NCBI GenBank assembly: GCA_040437565.1
Contig: JBDOQK010000004.1
Span: forward strand, 186,001 to 250,000
DNA length: 64,000 bases
Direction of reading: 5' to 3'
Source: Albugo candida
Taxonomy: Eukaryota
Below, piece after piece: positions 47,228 to 59,624 of the stretch. The notes under the pieces are model-generated. The model was not told the origin of the DNA. It did not search any database and saw nothing but the letters and a program-made list of their open reading frames with translations. How positions within the stretch are numbered: the stretch's first letter is position 1; every line of letters begins with the position of its first letter. A program made the translations under genes and the position numbers.

Positions 47228-50200
47228 ATGCCAATTACAGTCAATGTATTTCGCGATGTGGTTCGTAGCAAAGGAATCGGACTGAGTATTAGTGGAAATA
47301 TTACGAGTATCATCAATCGAACCATTCCAACTACTTCGGGTAGTTTTAGTAAAGAAAAGCGCTCTTCCGCTACTTCATCAGTCACCTCAGTCTCGCAAGA
47401 AAGCTTGGATCTGAATGACGATGATGAGAGGCGTATGCGGCTACTTAGAAAAAACTCACAGCCGAGATATGTCCCTGATCAACCATCACTTGTCGGCTCC
47501 GATGAAGATGATACATATGGGTACAATGAGCCTCCTTCGCCCCCTGCTCCACCACCAGGAGGCCTTTTGGAAGCTGCTTCTATCAATGTTCAGTCTAAAA
47601 TGAGTGAGATGATGCAGATGTCCTGTCAAGTAGCGACTTGTACCGTCGAAGATGCTCCTATTGATTGTCCTGCGTACGTCTCCAAGTCGTCACGACATGT
47701 TGATCGGCTCGTCGTTTACATTGGCGACTCAGACGGCTCACCGGGGGGAATGTGGAGTGCAAAATTATGCACACGATCAGGATCTAAAGGTAAGCTGCAT
47801 CAGCTGTTGATTAAAGTGGTCGTTTTTAACATGCGCTCAAGGTGGTGGAATATATAATGGAAGCTTGGGATCCATGCTGCCCTACATAACTAAAGCCAGA
47901 AATGATAATTATGGTGTTGTCATATATGATGATATCTTCAAGGACTGCATGGACACAAACAAGATTGATGTAAGTTGATTTATTTTCGACCGCACCATAC
48001 GATTACTCAGTCTGAATGCAATACAGATGGATCAGGTAGTCGTTCGATTTATCACAGGATGGCGTCATTTTGTGGCTACATCAAATGCCACTCATATATT
48101 CCTTGCTGTATATCGCGATGGTGGAAAATTACTTGTTGAGGCCCTTCGAAAACATCAGCAAGAAATGGAGCGATTTATTAGTGGAATTGCTTTTATTGAT
48201 TCCACTCACGAAGTTGGATCAAAAGATCCGTATGTCCTGCGTAGGCTGTTGGCACAATGGTCCATCTCTTATATCACAAGTCGAAGTCCATTTTTGACCC
48301 GTCTTCGTGCGGATGAAGAGCGAGTAGGAAGCGTTTGTTTCTCTATCGGGAAGGAGTTTGCTGACGCAGAAGCCCTTAAATCCATTATGGAATCAGTCTA
48401 TGCGAGCTTCAAGGCACGCTGGTCTGGTTTTCGCGTAAAACCCGCATATAGCGGCATGGAGCGGCTGTGCTTCATTTGTCAAAATAGCTTCAACATGCGT
48501 CGGTGGCGGCGACATTGCCGGACATGCCAAAACGCATGCTGCGAGAAATGCTCTTCTGTTGAATCAACGCAACTGGAAGGGCAGGTGAGGCTTTGCTCCG
48601 TATGTCGAGCATTACCATCGCTGATACAGTGGTCTCGCCCACGTGCTGTGCGGACCGGAGAAAAGGAAAGCGTTCTGGGGGACTGCACCAAGCCTGGAAA
48701 ATTGTCCGTAATGGACTTTGAATTGATCACAATAATTGGGAGTGGAGCTTGTGGGAAAGTTATATTGGTGCAGAAGAAGGCTGGTCATGATGCAGGACGC
48801 TTGTTCGCAATGAAAGTACTGAAAAAAAACTGGGTCATGGACAAGGATCTGGTCACTCAGACGATGGCAGAGAGACGTATCCTTCAGGAAGCGAATCATC
48901 CATATATCGTACAGCTTCAATACGCATTTCAGAATCATGACAAGCTATATATGGTAATGGATTATTATAGTGGAGGCTCACTTCGTCACGCACTGCGACG
49001 CCGAGGACGGTTTAGTATTCGTAGAACTCAGATATATCTCGCTCAGATTTTCCTGGCAATTTCGCACTTACATTCACTTGGAATCATGTACCGAGATTTA
49101 AAGTTAGAGAACGTTGTGATTGCTGCTGATGGGAATGTTGCGTGTACTGATTTTGGATTATCGAAGGAAGAAATGGACGATCAAGGCCGTACCAGTTCTT
49201 TCGTAGGAACCTGTGAATACTTGGCTCCAGAACTCATTCTCAAAGAAGGTTATGGGAAAGCAGTTGATTGGTGGGCATTTGGTGTGCTTGCGTATGAAAT
49301 GATACAAGGGGATTCACCATTCCGCCATAATTCACCAGCAGTGCTGTTCGAGAAGATTCTAGGGGAAGAGCCGGTCTTCAGTGATCGATTTCCGTCTGAA
49401 GCAGCAGATTTGATCACCAATTTGCTACAAAAAAATCCGCAGCATCGACTTGGCTGTGGTCCGAAAGGAGTCGAAGAAATCAAAGCTCATGCTTTTTTTG
49501 CTGACATCGATTGGGAAAATCTTTTAGAGCGGCGTATGAAGATCCCACGTCCACCTCATCGACTAGAGGATGTCACAGATGAAAGTAATTTGAATCGCGC
49601 GATCACTAAATTGCGAGAGGAACGCGAGGAAATGATGCCGGATTCCCCTGTTTCACTACCACAATCTCCGAGAGAACGAATGCATTTCGATCGGTTTTCG
49701 TACGCTGGTGAAGAAAGTTGGGATCCAAGTATGGCTTCAATGCGATTTGACGAGAATTTGGGTGACTTCGTGCCAACCACCATTGGTGAAGAGGATGCCA
49801 TCATTGAGGATGAACATGAAGATGCAGACGAACGGCAGAATCGAAAGAGTGATCACGAGGACTACACGGACGATCCTGAATTCAAAGACTCGTATGTAGC
49901 CAAACATGAAGAAATCGTTGATTGTGAAGGTGACTTGAGCGACGAATGCGAAGTTGCAAGCAAAGTCAGCGCTGAGCATGATTCTGCTAATGAAGACCTG
50001 CTTGAGGATGGCGCTGAAGAATTTGAGTCTGACGGTGGATCCGTTGATGATGACAAAGATTGTGAAGAATCAGGCTCCGAGACGAGAACAGAGTCTTACG
50101 CAATCAAAACCGACAAGTTTGCAGATAATACGATGATGGACGGTGCCATGTGTCCAGGAAGCCCACACTCTCCACGGTCTTTTGTGGATAGCTTAGACGT

Positions 50201-50273
50201 TGCGGAAAACTACAACGTCATGGACATCATGGAAGATGATGAGAGTGAATATCAAGGACAATACTATTTTTGA
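47228..50273 (+). CDS. AGC-family Ser/Thr kinase with N-terminal Arb2/FAM172A-like alpha/beta-hydrolase-fold domain and FYVE-like zinc finger (3 exons)
   Basis: Introns 47790-47841 and 47970-48026 keep frame. GMWSAKL..GSMLPYITKARNDNYGVVI..IAFIDSTH; CFICQNSF..RRHCRTCQNACCEKCS..VRLCSVC; IGSGACGKV, FAMKVL, YRDLKLEN, TDFGLSK, SFVGTCEYLAPE; hydrophobic motif FDRFSY; acidic tail. Confidence 0.92.
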
Positions 50274-50603
50274 GGCCGTTTCATAATGACTCGACGGTGT
50301 TTTGACAGCGTAAAATAATTAACAGATTTAGCTTGTGGTAATCTTGATCAAGCAACTTTTCCATCCGATTTTCCGAATAGGGTGCTTCAGGTTTGTTTAA
50401 TCCACTGGACTTATATGACGAGCTGGATCATGCAAGGTCCACCGACAAGGGTTTCAAGTCAACGGGTAGAAGTCATACGTGACGACCTTGCACAACCTTC
50501 CTAGAAGCGAAGGTTGATCTAATTGAGAAAGGCACTTGTTGATTTGGTGCCTCATCCATGTTCGAGGCTGGAGAAAATTGCCCTGACTATTGACTTGCAA
50601 GAA

Positions 50604-51769
50604 TCAAACAGAATGACCGATGTGACTTGGATTGGTGAAAACGATGTTTCTCACCGGCATGTACAGTTTTGATTCTTCTAAACTCGAAGCAGAAGGCTGG
50701 TCACACATGGCATTTCGAGGAACCCACGGAGTGTAGTAACACTGTGCCTGAGGCTGGGCTGAAGTGCTCCTGAATTCAGTATGATGCAAACTTGTCGCCA
50801 GTTTCTGATAGTGTGCTCTTAGATGCTGACGTTCGCGAGAAAGATCTCTGTTCTCTCTTCTGAGCGTTCTGATCTGTAGTATTGCTTCCTTGAGAATACT
50901 GCTCTTGTGCATCCGAGGGCACACGCCAAGTAGTTCGACTAGCTCATCAAACTACACATTTCCAATAAGCAGGTCAATAAAAAGGACAATGACTCCGTTA
51001 TCGTACCCGTATTTTGACTTCTTGTCGCCTTATCTTTTCTCTCGATTTTTTTCGAAAGCCGCGCTCTTCTTCAGTGGTTGAGACCTCTGAAGGAGCAGAG
51101 CTTGATGAGCATATACCATTCATTGCTCTTTGGCTTTGTTTATCTTCTGACAACACCGTGAATGGTTTAGACGGTCTGATTGGTAGGCAATTTTCTGGAG
51201 TACATTCCACCATTACTTCAAAGCTTCTACAAAAAATTATGAATTAAAATGAGTTGCCGCTTCCGAAAATCTGTTCGATTAATGCACCGTTTTGGTGCTT
51301 TGGGCAACAGTGTACATGTCCCTGCTTGTGATCGATGGTATTGCTTTGTAGAAGGCTGATGATGAAAACAATTGTTGGAGTCAGCATTTTGGTCGGTGCA
51401 AATTCCTGCTGCCGATTGATGAATTTTGCTTCCGTGCAATATGAGGCCATCCTTCGAAGCACATGTAGTCTCTTGTACGATGCTGCCGTTAGATGGGAAT
51501 GGATTTTCGCGTTCATAGGATAGCTTTTCTAGTTCTGACTCCAACGCATTCATATCCGGTTCACAATTGAATAGAAGATTGAGCTCATTTCTATCTTTTG
51601 TTTCGTTTGCGATAATTAATGCGTCATCTTCTTCCTTAGTGTACTCGAGTGATAGATGCTTCCAGCTATCTTCTACTTCATTTTGCACGAGATATTCACC
51701 TAATTCTTCAATTGGAAGGCTCAAAAAATCGACATTATCAAGATCATTCATGATCTCCTCGCCAATCAT
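50604..51769 (-). CDS. bHLH(-zipper) transcription factor (3 exons; start codon uncertain)
   Basis: Spliced RKKSREKIRRQEVKIR/FDELVELLGVCPRMHKSSILKEAILQIRTLRRENRDLSRERQHL; introns near 51227-51287 and 50951-51005. Confidence 0.82.
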
Positions 51770-52023
51770 TAAGCCTCCAGAATGATAGATTTCATCCAAT
51801 CCGAATATGATCAGACAGCATGTTATCTGCTCTTTTAGCTGCTGAATGCTTCTTTCATTACCGATTTATACTACTGTGTAATACTGGAGAATAAAGCTAA
51901 GCGTTTGTAGCACTGCGGTGTACTTTTCGATCTCCTTTTAAGCGCTCAAAGGATTCCAGCATTGAGTCAATGATTTGATGGGTCTCTTGAGAATTCGTAC
52001 TGAAAGCAATTATCGCTACATCT

Positions 52024-54339
52024 TTAGCGACGAAATTCAGTACCGAGACACCAGGCAATGAATGTGTACACATCTGTGCTTTCCTCAATCTGCTTGGTTG
52101 TAGGCTTTCCGGCTCCATGACCTGATTTCGTATCGATTCGTATAACAAACGGGTTGTTGCATGAACTTCCAAGCTGATGTTGCAATTCTGCGATGTATTT
52201 AAACGAGTGAAGTGGTACAACACGATCGTCGTGATCGCCAGTCGTCAACAATACAGCTGGATATTGAGTACGCTCGAGCTGATTTGCTTTTGGTACGTTA
52301 TGAAGCGGAGAATACTTTCTGATGTAAGAGAAGTACTCCTTTGTGGACGGATCACCGAATTCACTGATCCAAGCGTGACCAATCGTAAACAAATGGAAGC
52401 GGAGCATGTCCATAACGCCAACAGCTCCAACCACACATCGATACAAATCCGGGCGCTGATTAGCACAAGCCGCAACCAATGTACCTCCATTTGAGCCACC
52501 GTGAATTGCTATTTTCGAAGGATTAGTGTACTTTTGCTCGATCAAGTATTCTGCGGCCGCATGGAAATCATCGAACACATTTTGCTTCTTGAACAGCATT
52601 CCTTGCCGATGCCATTCCTCTCCATACTCGCCTCCTCCCCGAAGATTGGCAATTGCCAGCATACCCTTGAAATGTTGCACGAACAATAGACGAGAGATGC
52701 TAAAGGAAGGCTTCAATGCAATGTTGAAGCCTCCGTAGCCGTATAAATAGGTCGGAATAGACCCATCAGGTTTCAACAACTTGTGCTTGACCAGGAACAT
52801 CGGGATCTGAGTACCGTCTTTGGATGGATAAAAAACTTGAAGAACCTCGTACTGAGAGGCATCAAAATCCTTGAGAGTTGATTCACGGAAACAAACACCC
52901 TCAAGTCGCGGAACCTTAGCAGTTTGAAAGTCTGGCAAATCTAAATGAAAAATCTTTCCGGGGTATAAAACTGAGACGAATTTGTAAAAGACCATAGAAC
53001 TTGCTCTTTTGCTTGAAACTTGAGCAGTACCGATAGCCGGTAAATCAATCTTCGTGTAAAATTGACCCTCCAGATTGTATATATGAAGGACGTTATGAAC
53101 ATCTGATAGTAACTTGAGGATGAGTAGATTTTTGCGAGCTGGATGCACAGACTCCAAGACGATAGATTCAGGTTGTTCAGGAATCACTTCCACCCAGGGT
53201 GGACAATTACTGGTTGCATCGGCGCCGAAATCATGACTGCTCAATATGAGTCCCAGATCAATCTTTACAACTCTTTCCCGAGGAGCATTCATGTTTGTCT
53301 GAAAATAGAAGAAAGACTCATCATTGAAAATGTAGTTGAATGAGTATTCCATCATGTCCACGAGCTTATATACCGGCAAATTTCTTCCGTTCTGGTCAAT
53401 CATCCAATCGTTAAAAACAGTGATTGAAGTTAGATAGACCATATTGGCATTCTTACATCCGTCAAACAGATAAACAATGATATATTTCCCATCTTCCGAC
53501 ACTTCAGCTGAAAGTGTGTAATTAGGTTTGGAGGGATAAGCAAATACCAGAACGTCCTTCTCTTGAGTTGTGTGCAAATGATGATACCAGATCTGATGAT
53601 TTGAATTTGCGTTAGTCTCCGTACCACGTTCTTTCTGCTGCTCTGTTGTTCCAGAGCCTTCAAATTGTGCGGGTGCTGGGAACCGACAATAGAAAAAGCC
53701 TTTGTCATCATGAGTCCAGCTTATACTGCTGAACTTGACCCAATCGAGTTTGTCCGTCAATATATAATCACTATAGTGAGAATTTCCGTCTCCAGCACTT
53801 TGAGATTTGGTGACGTCCAAAACATGTATACTTTGCCAGTCTGATCCACCGTGTGATATTCCGTACGCCATATAGAGTTGTGGATTGTTGCTTTTTTTAC
53901 ATTTCGAAAATGAGACATTGCTCAGCGCAATAGTCCCGTCTTTGGAGAGTTGATTTGGGTCGAAAAGGACCTGTGCGTCCCCATGTAATGTCCTCTGAAT
54001 GTACCACACATCCTGGTTCTGTAATCCATCATTTTTGGCGTAAACGTAGTATTGATGCTCGGCGAGTGTCTCACTTCCAATTTGAAATGGCACCGAAAAC
54101 TTTTCATAATCAAATAGCTCTGTGAGCCTGGCTTTGAATTCACTTTGAAATCGGACATTTTGTTCGAATACTGCAGATGTCAGCTGATTTTGTTCAGCTA
54201 CAAACTTCTTTGTCTCCTCAGTAGAAGGATTCTCCAACCAGCGATAAGGATCGGGTACGACATCACCAAAATGTTCTTCTTGCACGCTATCGTCCCGACG
54301 AACGTCCGGATATCTATTGCGTTGGGCGTTATTCGACAT
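52024..54339 (-). CDS. PREP: Prolyl oligopeptidase (S9A)
   Basis: VPDPYRWLE, YPSKDGTQIPMF, LYGYGGFNI, ANLRGGGEYGEEWH; catalytic GGSNGG, DHDDRVVP, SGHGAGKP. Confidence 0.97.
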   Translation of the reverse strand: MSNNAQRNRYPDVRRDDSVQEEHFGDVVPDPYRWLENPSTEETKKFVAEQNQLTSAVFEQNVRFQSEFKARLTELFDYEKFSVPFQIGSETLAEHQYYVYAKNDGLQNQDVWYIQRTLHGDAQVLFDPNQLSKDGTIALSNVSFSKCKKSNNPQLYMAYGISHGGSDWQSIHVLDVTKSQSAGDGNSHYSDYILTDKLDWVKFSSISWTHDDKGFFYCRFPAPAQFEGSGTTEQQKERGTETNANSNHQIWYHHLHTTQEKDVLVFAYPSKPNYTLSAEVSEDGKYIIVYLFDGCKNANMVYLTSITVFNDWMIDQNGRNLPVYKLVDMMEYSFNYIFNDESFFYFQTNMNAPRERVVKIDLGLILSSHDFGADATSNCPPWVEVIPEQPESIVLESVHPARKNLLILKLLSDVHNVLHIYNLEGQFYTKIDLPAIGTAQVSSKRASSMVFYKFVSVLYPGKIFHLDLPDFQTAKVPRLEGVCFRESTLKDFDASQYEVLQVFYPSKDGTQIPMFLVKHKLLKPDGSIPTYLYGYGGFNIALKPSFSISRLLFVQHFKGMLAIANLRGGGEYGEEWHRQGMLFKKQNVFDDFHAAAEYLIEQKYTNPSKIAIHGGSNGGTLVAACANQRPDLYRCVVGAVGVMDMLRFHLFTIGHAWISEFGDPSTKEYFSYIRKYSPLHNVPKANQLERTQYPAVLLTTGDHDDRVVPLHSFKYIAELQHQLGSSCNNPFVIRIDTKSGHGAGKPTTKQIEESTDVYTFIAWCLGTEFRR

Positions 54340-57060
54340 CGTTTTAGTTTTGTGGAACGAAAGTCGGTCCCAATATCACAGTAAGCACCGGACCGGGACT
54401 ATCGAAGCGGTTACTGTACGGATATGACAGTAGCGTTATAATCATTTGCGCAGATGCGACCTTACTTTTGATAAAAGTACGCAAAATTCAGTTGTGTGGG
54501 TCTCACGTAGACTTTGAACTTGTAATAGCACATACGTGCAGCAACTTTCTACCAGAACAATATCGGTAGCGACCTTAATAGAACAAAAGCAGTAGCAACA
54601 GGGCCCAACTGTTGGCAAGTCGATGCAATTCGATTTACTGCAATGTAATGTGTGGCCATTGGTCAAGCTCGAACCGCATACATTTAGTCAACTTCTTGCT
54701 CGCTTTCCCGATGATGGACTATAAGGCAATGTGGTTCACTATTGGAGCACCGCTTTTGTGCACTTGTACACGCCGTGTATCCACTTGCTTGCGATGCAGT
54801 ACATTCCCTTGCTTTCATCAAGTGCACATACTAGCGACCCGTTTCGGCTGCTGAATTGAATAAACATGTGTTCGTGCAGCACATGCGAAATACCTCTGGC
54901 TGGAATCTTAGCAGTACAGAAAAATGAAGACACGCGAAGTAGTAGTAGCTCTTGAGACAAACAATCGTACATATATGATGGGCGCTTGAACAATCAAAGC
55001 TAATCTGTTAAGCCGCTCCACGAAATTTTATTGAATCAAGATCAGATGAAGCGGATTTTTCTCAGGGTCGTAACGCAATTATAGCTCTCGCTGAAAGTCC
55101 TTATCACGGAGTCGAGTAAGTAAAGCAAAAGCTCTCGAACTCTCGATTGCTCTCAAGCATCTCTACCTAGTTTCTGAAAGCCTGATGCTGTCAAAGTTTG
55201 ATCAAGGTTCTATACAAAACAAACAAATTTGAAATATGTTTGCTTCATTCTATGCGATATTTCTAGCTCTGCTGCAGCTTCATGTCTTGGAAACAAAATA
55301 GACNNNNNNNNNNNNNNNNNNNNNNNNNNNNNNNNNNNNNNNNNNNNNNNNNNNNNNNNNNNNNNNNNNNNNNNNNNNNNNNNNNNNNNNNNNNNNNNNN
55401 NNNGCTGAAAGTCCTTATCACGGAGTCGAGTAAGTAAAGCAAAAGCTCTCGAACTCTCGATTGCTCTCAAGCATCTCTACCTAGTTTCTGAAAGCCTGAT
55501 GCTGTCAAAGTTTGATCAAGGTTCTATACAAAACAAACAAATTTGAAATATGTTTGCTTCATTCTATGCGATATTTCTAGCTCTGCTGCAGCTTCATGTC
55601 TTGGAAACAAAATAGACTTATGCTAAGCATATGGTCGCATGGTTGGGAGAAATCCTGTTCCGTAGTCACCGTTATAGACCGACACTTGGGGGCCACGACA
55701 TTGGTAGGCGTCATTTCTTTCATTTTGCTGCGATCGTCTCTTTCGTTTTTGAGATCATTCTTGCAAAGAACATATGCGAAAAGCGCAGCATGTAGGACCA
55801 CTCAGTCAAAAGCCAAAGTATGGACGAAGTGCGCTGAGCGCTGTTAGCATACGGTACATTACGGGTCGCTGGGCGCCCATGCTATCGCCGCAAAAGTAGA
55901 GCAATTGCTGTCGACAACGTACCAGCTGTTTACAATTTGATACGCGCTTCATTCGTGTTCGATGAGAGCAAATGTATTCTAATCTTTAATTGGAAGTACC
56001 AAGACGTCAACATCCAAGACTTTCACCGCACCGTATCAAAAGACTCAATGGCTTGGAGCTTCAGAGTTCGGATATTATACACTTTCGCGAGTATCTCGGA
56101 GTGTATGTAACAACCTCCATTGTACATGCATGCATAACCTTCATGCAATGCCAATCCCTCACACTCCGAGATCAAAAGTCACATATGGTGTATTTCTTGC
56201 AATGAACGCTCAATACGAACAGGCCCATGCATCAACGTTTCCTAGTGGTTCTCGCTCTTCTTGCTTGACCAGCTTCTCCTGAGGAAACATCGCTGAAAAT
56301 GCCACGACTACATTCACGGCTGTTTGATCTGTCACACTCCTATTTCTTCCTGGTATTATCTCTACTACTCTCTATGTCTCGCCAACNNNNNNNNNNNNNN
56401 NNNNNNNNNNNNNNNNNNNNNNNNNNNNNNNNNNNNNNNNNNNNNNNNNNNNNNNNNNNNNNNNNNNNNNNNNNNNNNNNNNNNNNCACTCCGAGATCAA
56501 AAGTCACATATGGTGTATTTCTTGCAATGAACGCTCAATACGAATAGGCCCATGCATCAACGTTTCCTAGTGGTTCTCGCTCTTCTTGCTTGACCAGCTT
56601 CTCGTGAGGAAACATCGCTGAAAATCCCACGATTACATTCACGGTTGTTTGATCTGTCACACTCCTATTTCTTCCTGGTATTATCTCTACTACTCTCTAT
56701 GTCTCGCCAACCCCACTAGCAACGATTTCAGATACGGTAGGCCTAGCACGACTATTTTTTACAACGAGAGATGGACGCCATCAGGGAGTCATGGTTGGCT
56801 TGTACCGAATCGAATCAACAACCATTGGAATCTGCAGTGACTCAGTGTGATTCAGTGAAAAGAGTTTCATTCAAAAGCGAAAGCGATCGTATAACAAGAA
56901 ACTGGATCAAAAAATTACCTTAGAGGCTGCATGTGCCGATGGGAAGGTTCGATTTAGCGATGGAGCTTATCATTCCGTGGTAGCTCATTTCCATATAGGT
57001 GCTCAATGAGCAGCAAAAAAAGAGTCGGTTTCGGGTAAGCCGATGCTAGACCGTCTTTGG

Positions 57061-58126
57061 TGCAATAAAAAGTATGCTTTACGGGCGCAATGTTTGAAAG
57101 TCGCTCAAATTTTGATGTGAATTTCGGTGAGTTGCATTGGGTGAAGCATATTGCGCTGGAATTGCTTGAATGATCCGACAGTCCAAGCTTCTCATTCCTG
57201 CAGAGTGTCGAATTTATTGTCTGGGATACTGCGCTCATCGCTCAGACTACTGCTGATAACCTTCCAAGCTCTTTTCAGAACCGCTACTTCCTCAGCAATA
57301 CGTTCATGTCTTGGATCGCACTCGGAGCTATCGGACTCATCGCTACTTTTNNNNNNNNNNNNNNNNNNNNNNNNNNNNNNNNNNNNNNNNNNNNNNNNNN
57401 NNNNNNNNNNNNNNNNNNNNNNNNNNNNNNNNNNNNNNNNNNNNNNNNNNCAAGTTGCATCTCCACTGCCTTTTCCGCCGCGCTATTACGATCGTTCTCC
57501 AGCCGGGTTTCAAGATCTTTGACTTTTGAGTTGATTCCACTGATCTCTATCTTTGCGTCTTCCAGCTGGGCTGATTTCTCGTTCAATGAGCGCAATAGCT
57601 GCTCATTTTTTCTCTTCAGCTGCTCGTTTTCACTCTTCAGCTTCTCAAAGTCACTAAGACGCGGTCGGTTCACTGATGCTGGTGGGGCATGCGCGACGGA
57701 GTTGCGATTCGCTGTTGCTGTGGAAGGCATTCTTGCTCGCGCTCCGGAAGCCGCTGCTGCGTCCACGCGCGTAACCGAGCCATTCGTATGAGTCATCGCC
57801 GGTGATGCTCGCACATTCGAGGCTGTTGCTTCGGATGGTGTCGTTCGTGATGCGTTGCCACCAGCGGCGCGGGTCACGTTTCTTGTCGTCGTTGGAATGA
57901 CGCGCTGCTGGATGGCGCGTGGTTGGGTGGTGCGTGGTTGGGTGGTGCGTGGTTGGGTGGTGCGTGGTTGGGTCGAGCGCTGTCGATTTTGTAACGCTGA
58001 CGTCTCTGTTGGGGCTCTCAGCGCATACCCGCCGCCGACACGCTTCAATGTCGGCGCTGTTTCGTTTTGAGTAGGCCCGTTTCTTGGGCGCATGTTGGCC
58101 GTCGTAGTTATGCTTTTTCGCTGCAT
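57061..58126 (-). pseudogene. Coiled-coil family gene with an intact-looking 5' half and a frameshifted 3' half beyond a gap
   Basis: TAPTLKRVGGGY, TQPRT repeats, RPRLSDFEKLKSENEQLKRKNEQL coiled coil; 3' part homologous to 1426-1712. Confidence 0.55.
57916..57973. repeat. 15-bp tandem repeat (gcgtggttgggtggt, ~4 copies) encoding TQPRT
   Basis: Directly visible. Confidence 0.9.
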
Positions 58127-59624
58127 GTTCAAAAAATAGTTAGTTCTTCGTTTAAGGCAAAGCAAACAAAGAATACTGACACATATCGACCTCACCGTGC
58201 AAGTCTCTTAGCATCATTCTGGATGCTGATTGGAGACATTATCGTTTTAAAAAGGCGGCCCTTTCCAAGCGATCGAAAGTGGAATCGGCAGATGAGTGGC
58301 GCTCATCAATGAGAATGACTCATTCTGAGTGTCTTTTGCAGTAATGGAATCGGTGCAAAGGACACACAAAACGAGATGCAGTCATTGATGAGTGCAACTC
58401 GTGCTGCGGAAGAGCTATTTTTAGATATGGCGGCAAGGAGTACCGTGAGATCCAGAAATAGCGGCAGCTTGAATATGTAGTTGATATGGAAGGTAAGTGT
58501 ATGATAAGTCCATAATACAGATTCGTAGGTAAATAGTATTGATGTTATGAAAAGCAACTTGACAATTAACCTAAAACAGTTTCACTTAGAAAGATCTTGG
58601 TGTCCTATACACTGGTGGAAACCGACAAGAGATACACAGTTTCAAAGCAATCATGCAACAATTACAAGGGTATTCCGATCTCCGCTGATCTCGGATATGA
58701 TTTCTAGTCGCTACTCGTCGCTGGCTCCATACTCACCGACATACAACATCCATGTCTCGTAGCACTACGTCATTTTTCGCCACCGGTGGCAAACGAAATC
58801 TTGGATTTAAGATCGCTAAAATGGGGCAAATTTGCAATATTTGTACGATGGCTCAATTGGTGTGTGTCCAGTATGCAACCTTCAGTTCGCAAATTCCTTT
58901 TTATCGTGTGAAATGATCGTTTTTGAAGTCAGTCGTCAGGGCCTCGGATTCTGGTCATAATCATTCCGACATGGTGGAGAACCGATCATGCTAGACGCAC
59001 TTGGTTAATATGATTCAAACTACGTAAACCAACGACAAATCTTGCATACGAATTCAAAACCGTGAAGGTAGAGACGATATTGCTGAGTGTGGAAAGCAGA
59101 GGCAGATAGGAATGCCTAGTTGTAAGGGAATTCATACATAAGTAAGTGCTGGTCGAATGGACTCCAGGTCACAAAGGAGGTCACATCGACCAAGAGTCCT
59201 TATCGTTTGGTGGTCGAGTAGACTGGGTGCAATTGACCTGGATCAACCGATTAGAGAACTGAATTAGTTGCTATCAATATGGAGCATACATATTTCGAAA
59301 CATCGGATGTGCGTTTTCAGAATTGGTGGCTACTTGACGAGTTGATGCACGCAATTGACGAGATAAGGTGCTTGATTAGAGTTGATGGCTTCTTGGCATG
59401 CTCCGGGGTCCTGTGGTTGCTGGTCAACAAAAAAGAGAAGTCAGATGGGTGGCGTGGTCGGCGGCTTCCACCAGACACCTCAGCTGAGATGGAATCAGGC
59501 TTATTACATTCATCTAGCCCTGCAAAGCGTATCTGGCATCGAGACAAAAGTGATTACAACCACACTTGTGCTGTGTATCTAACGAATAGACGTTTTTTTA
59601 TATCGTCTGCGTAGTATGCTTTTT

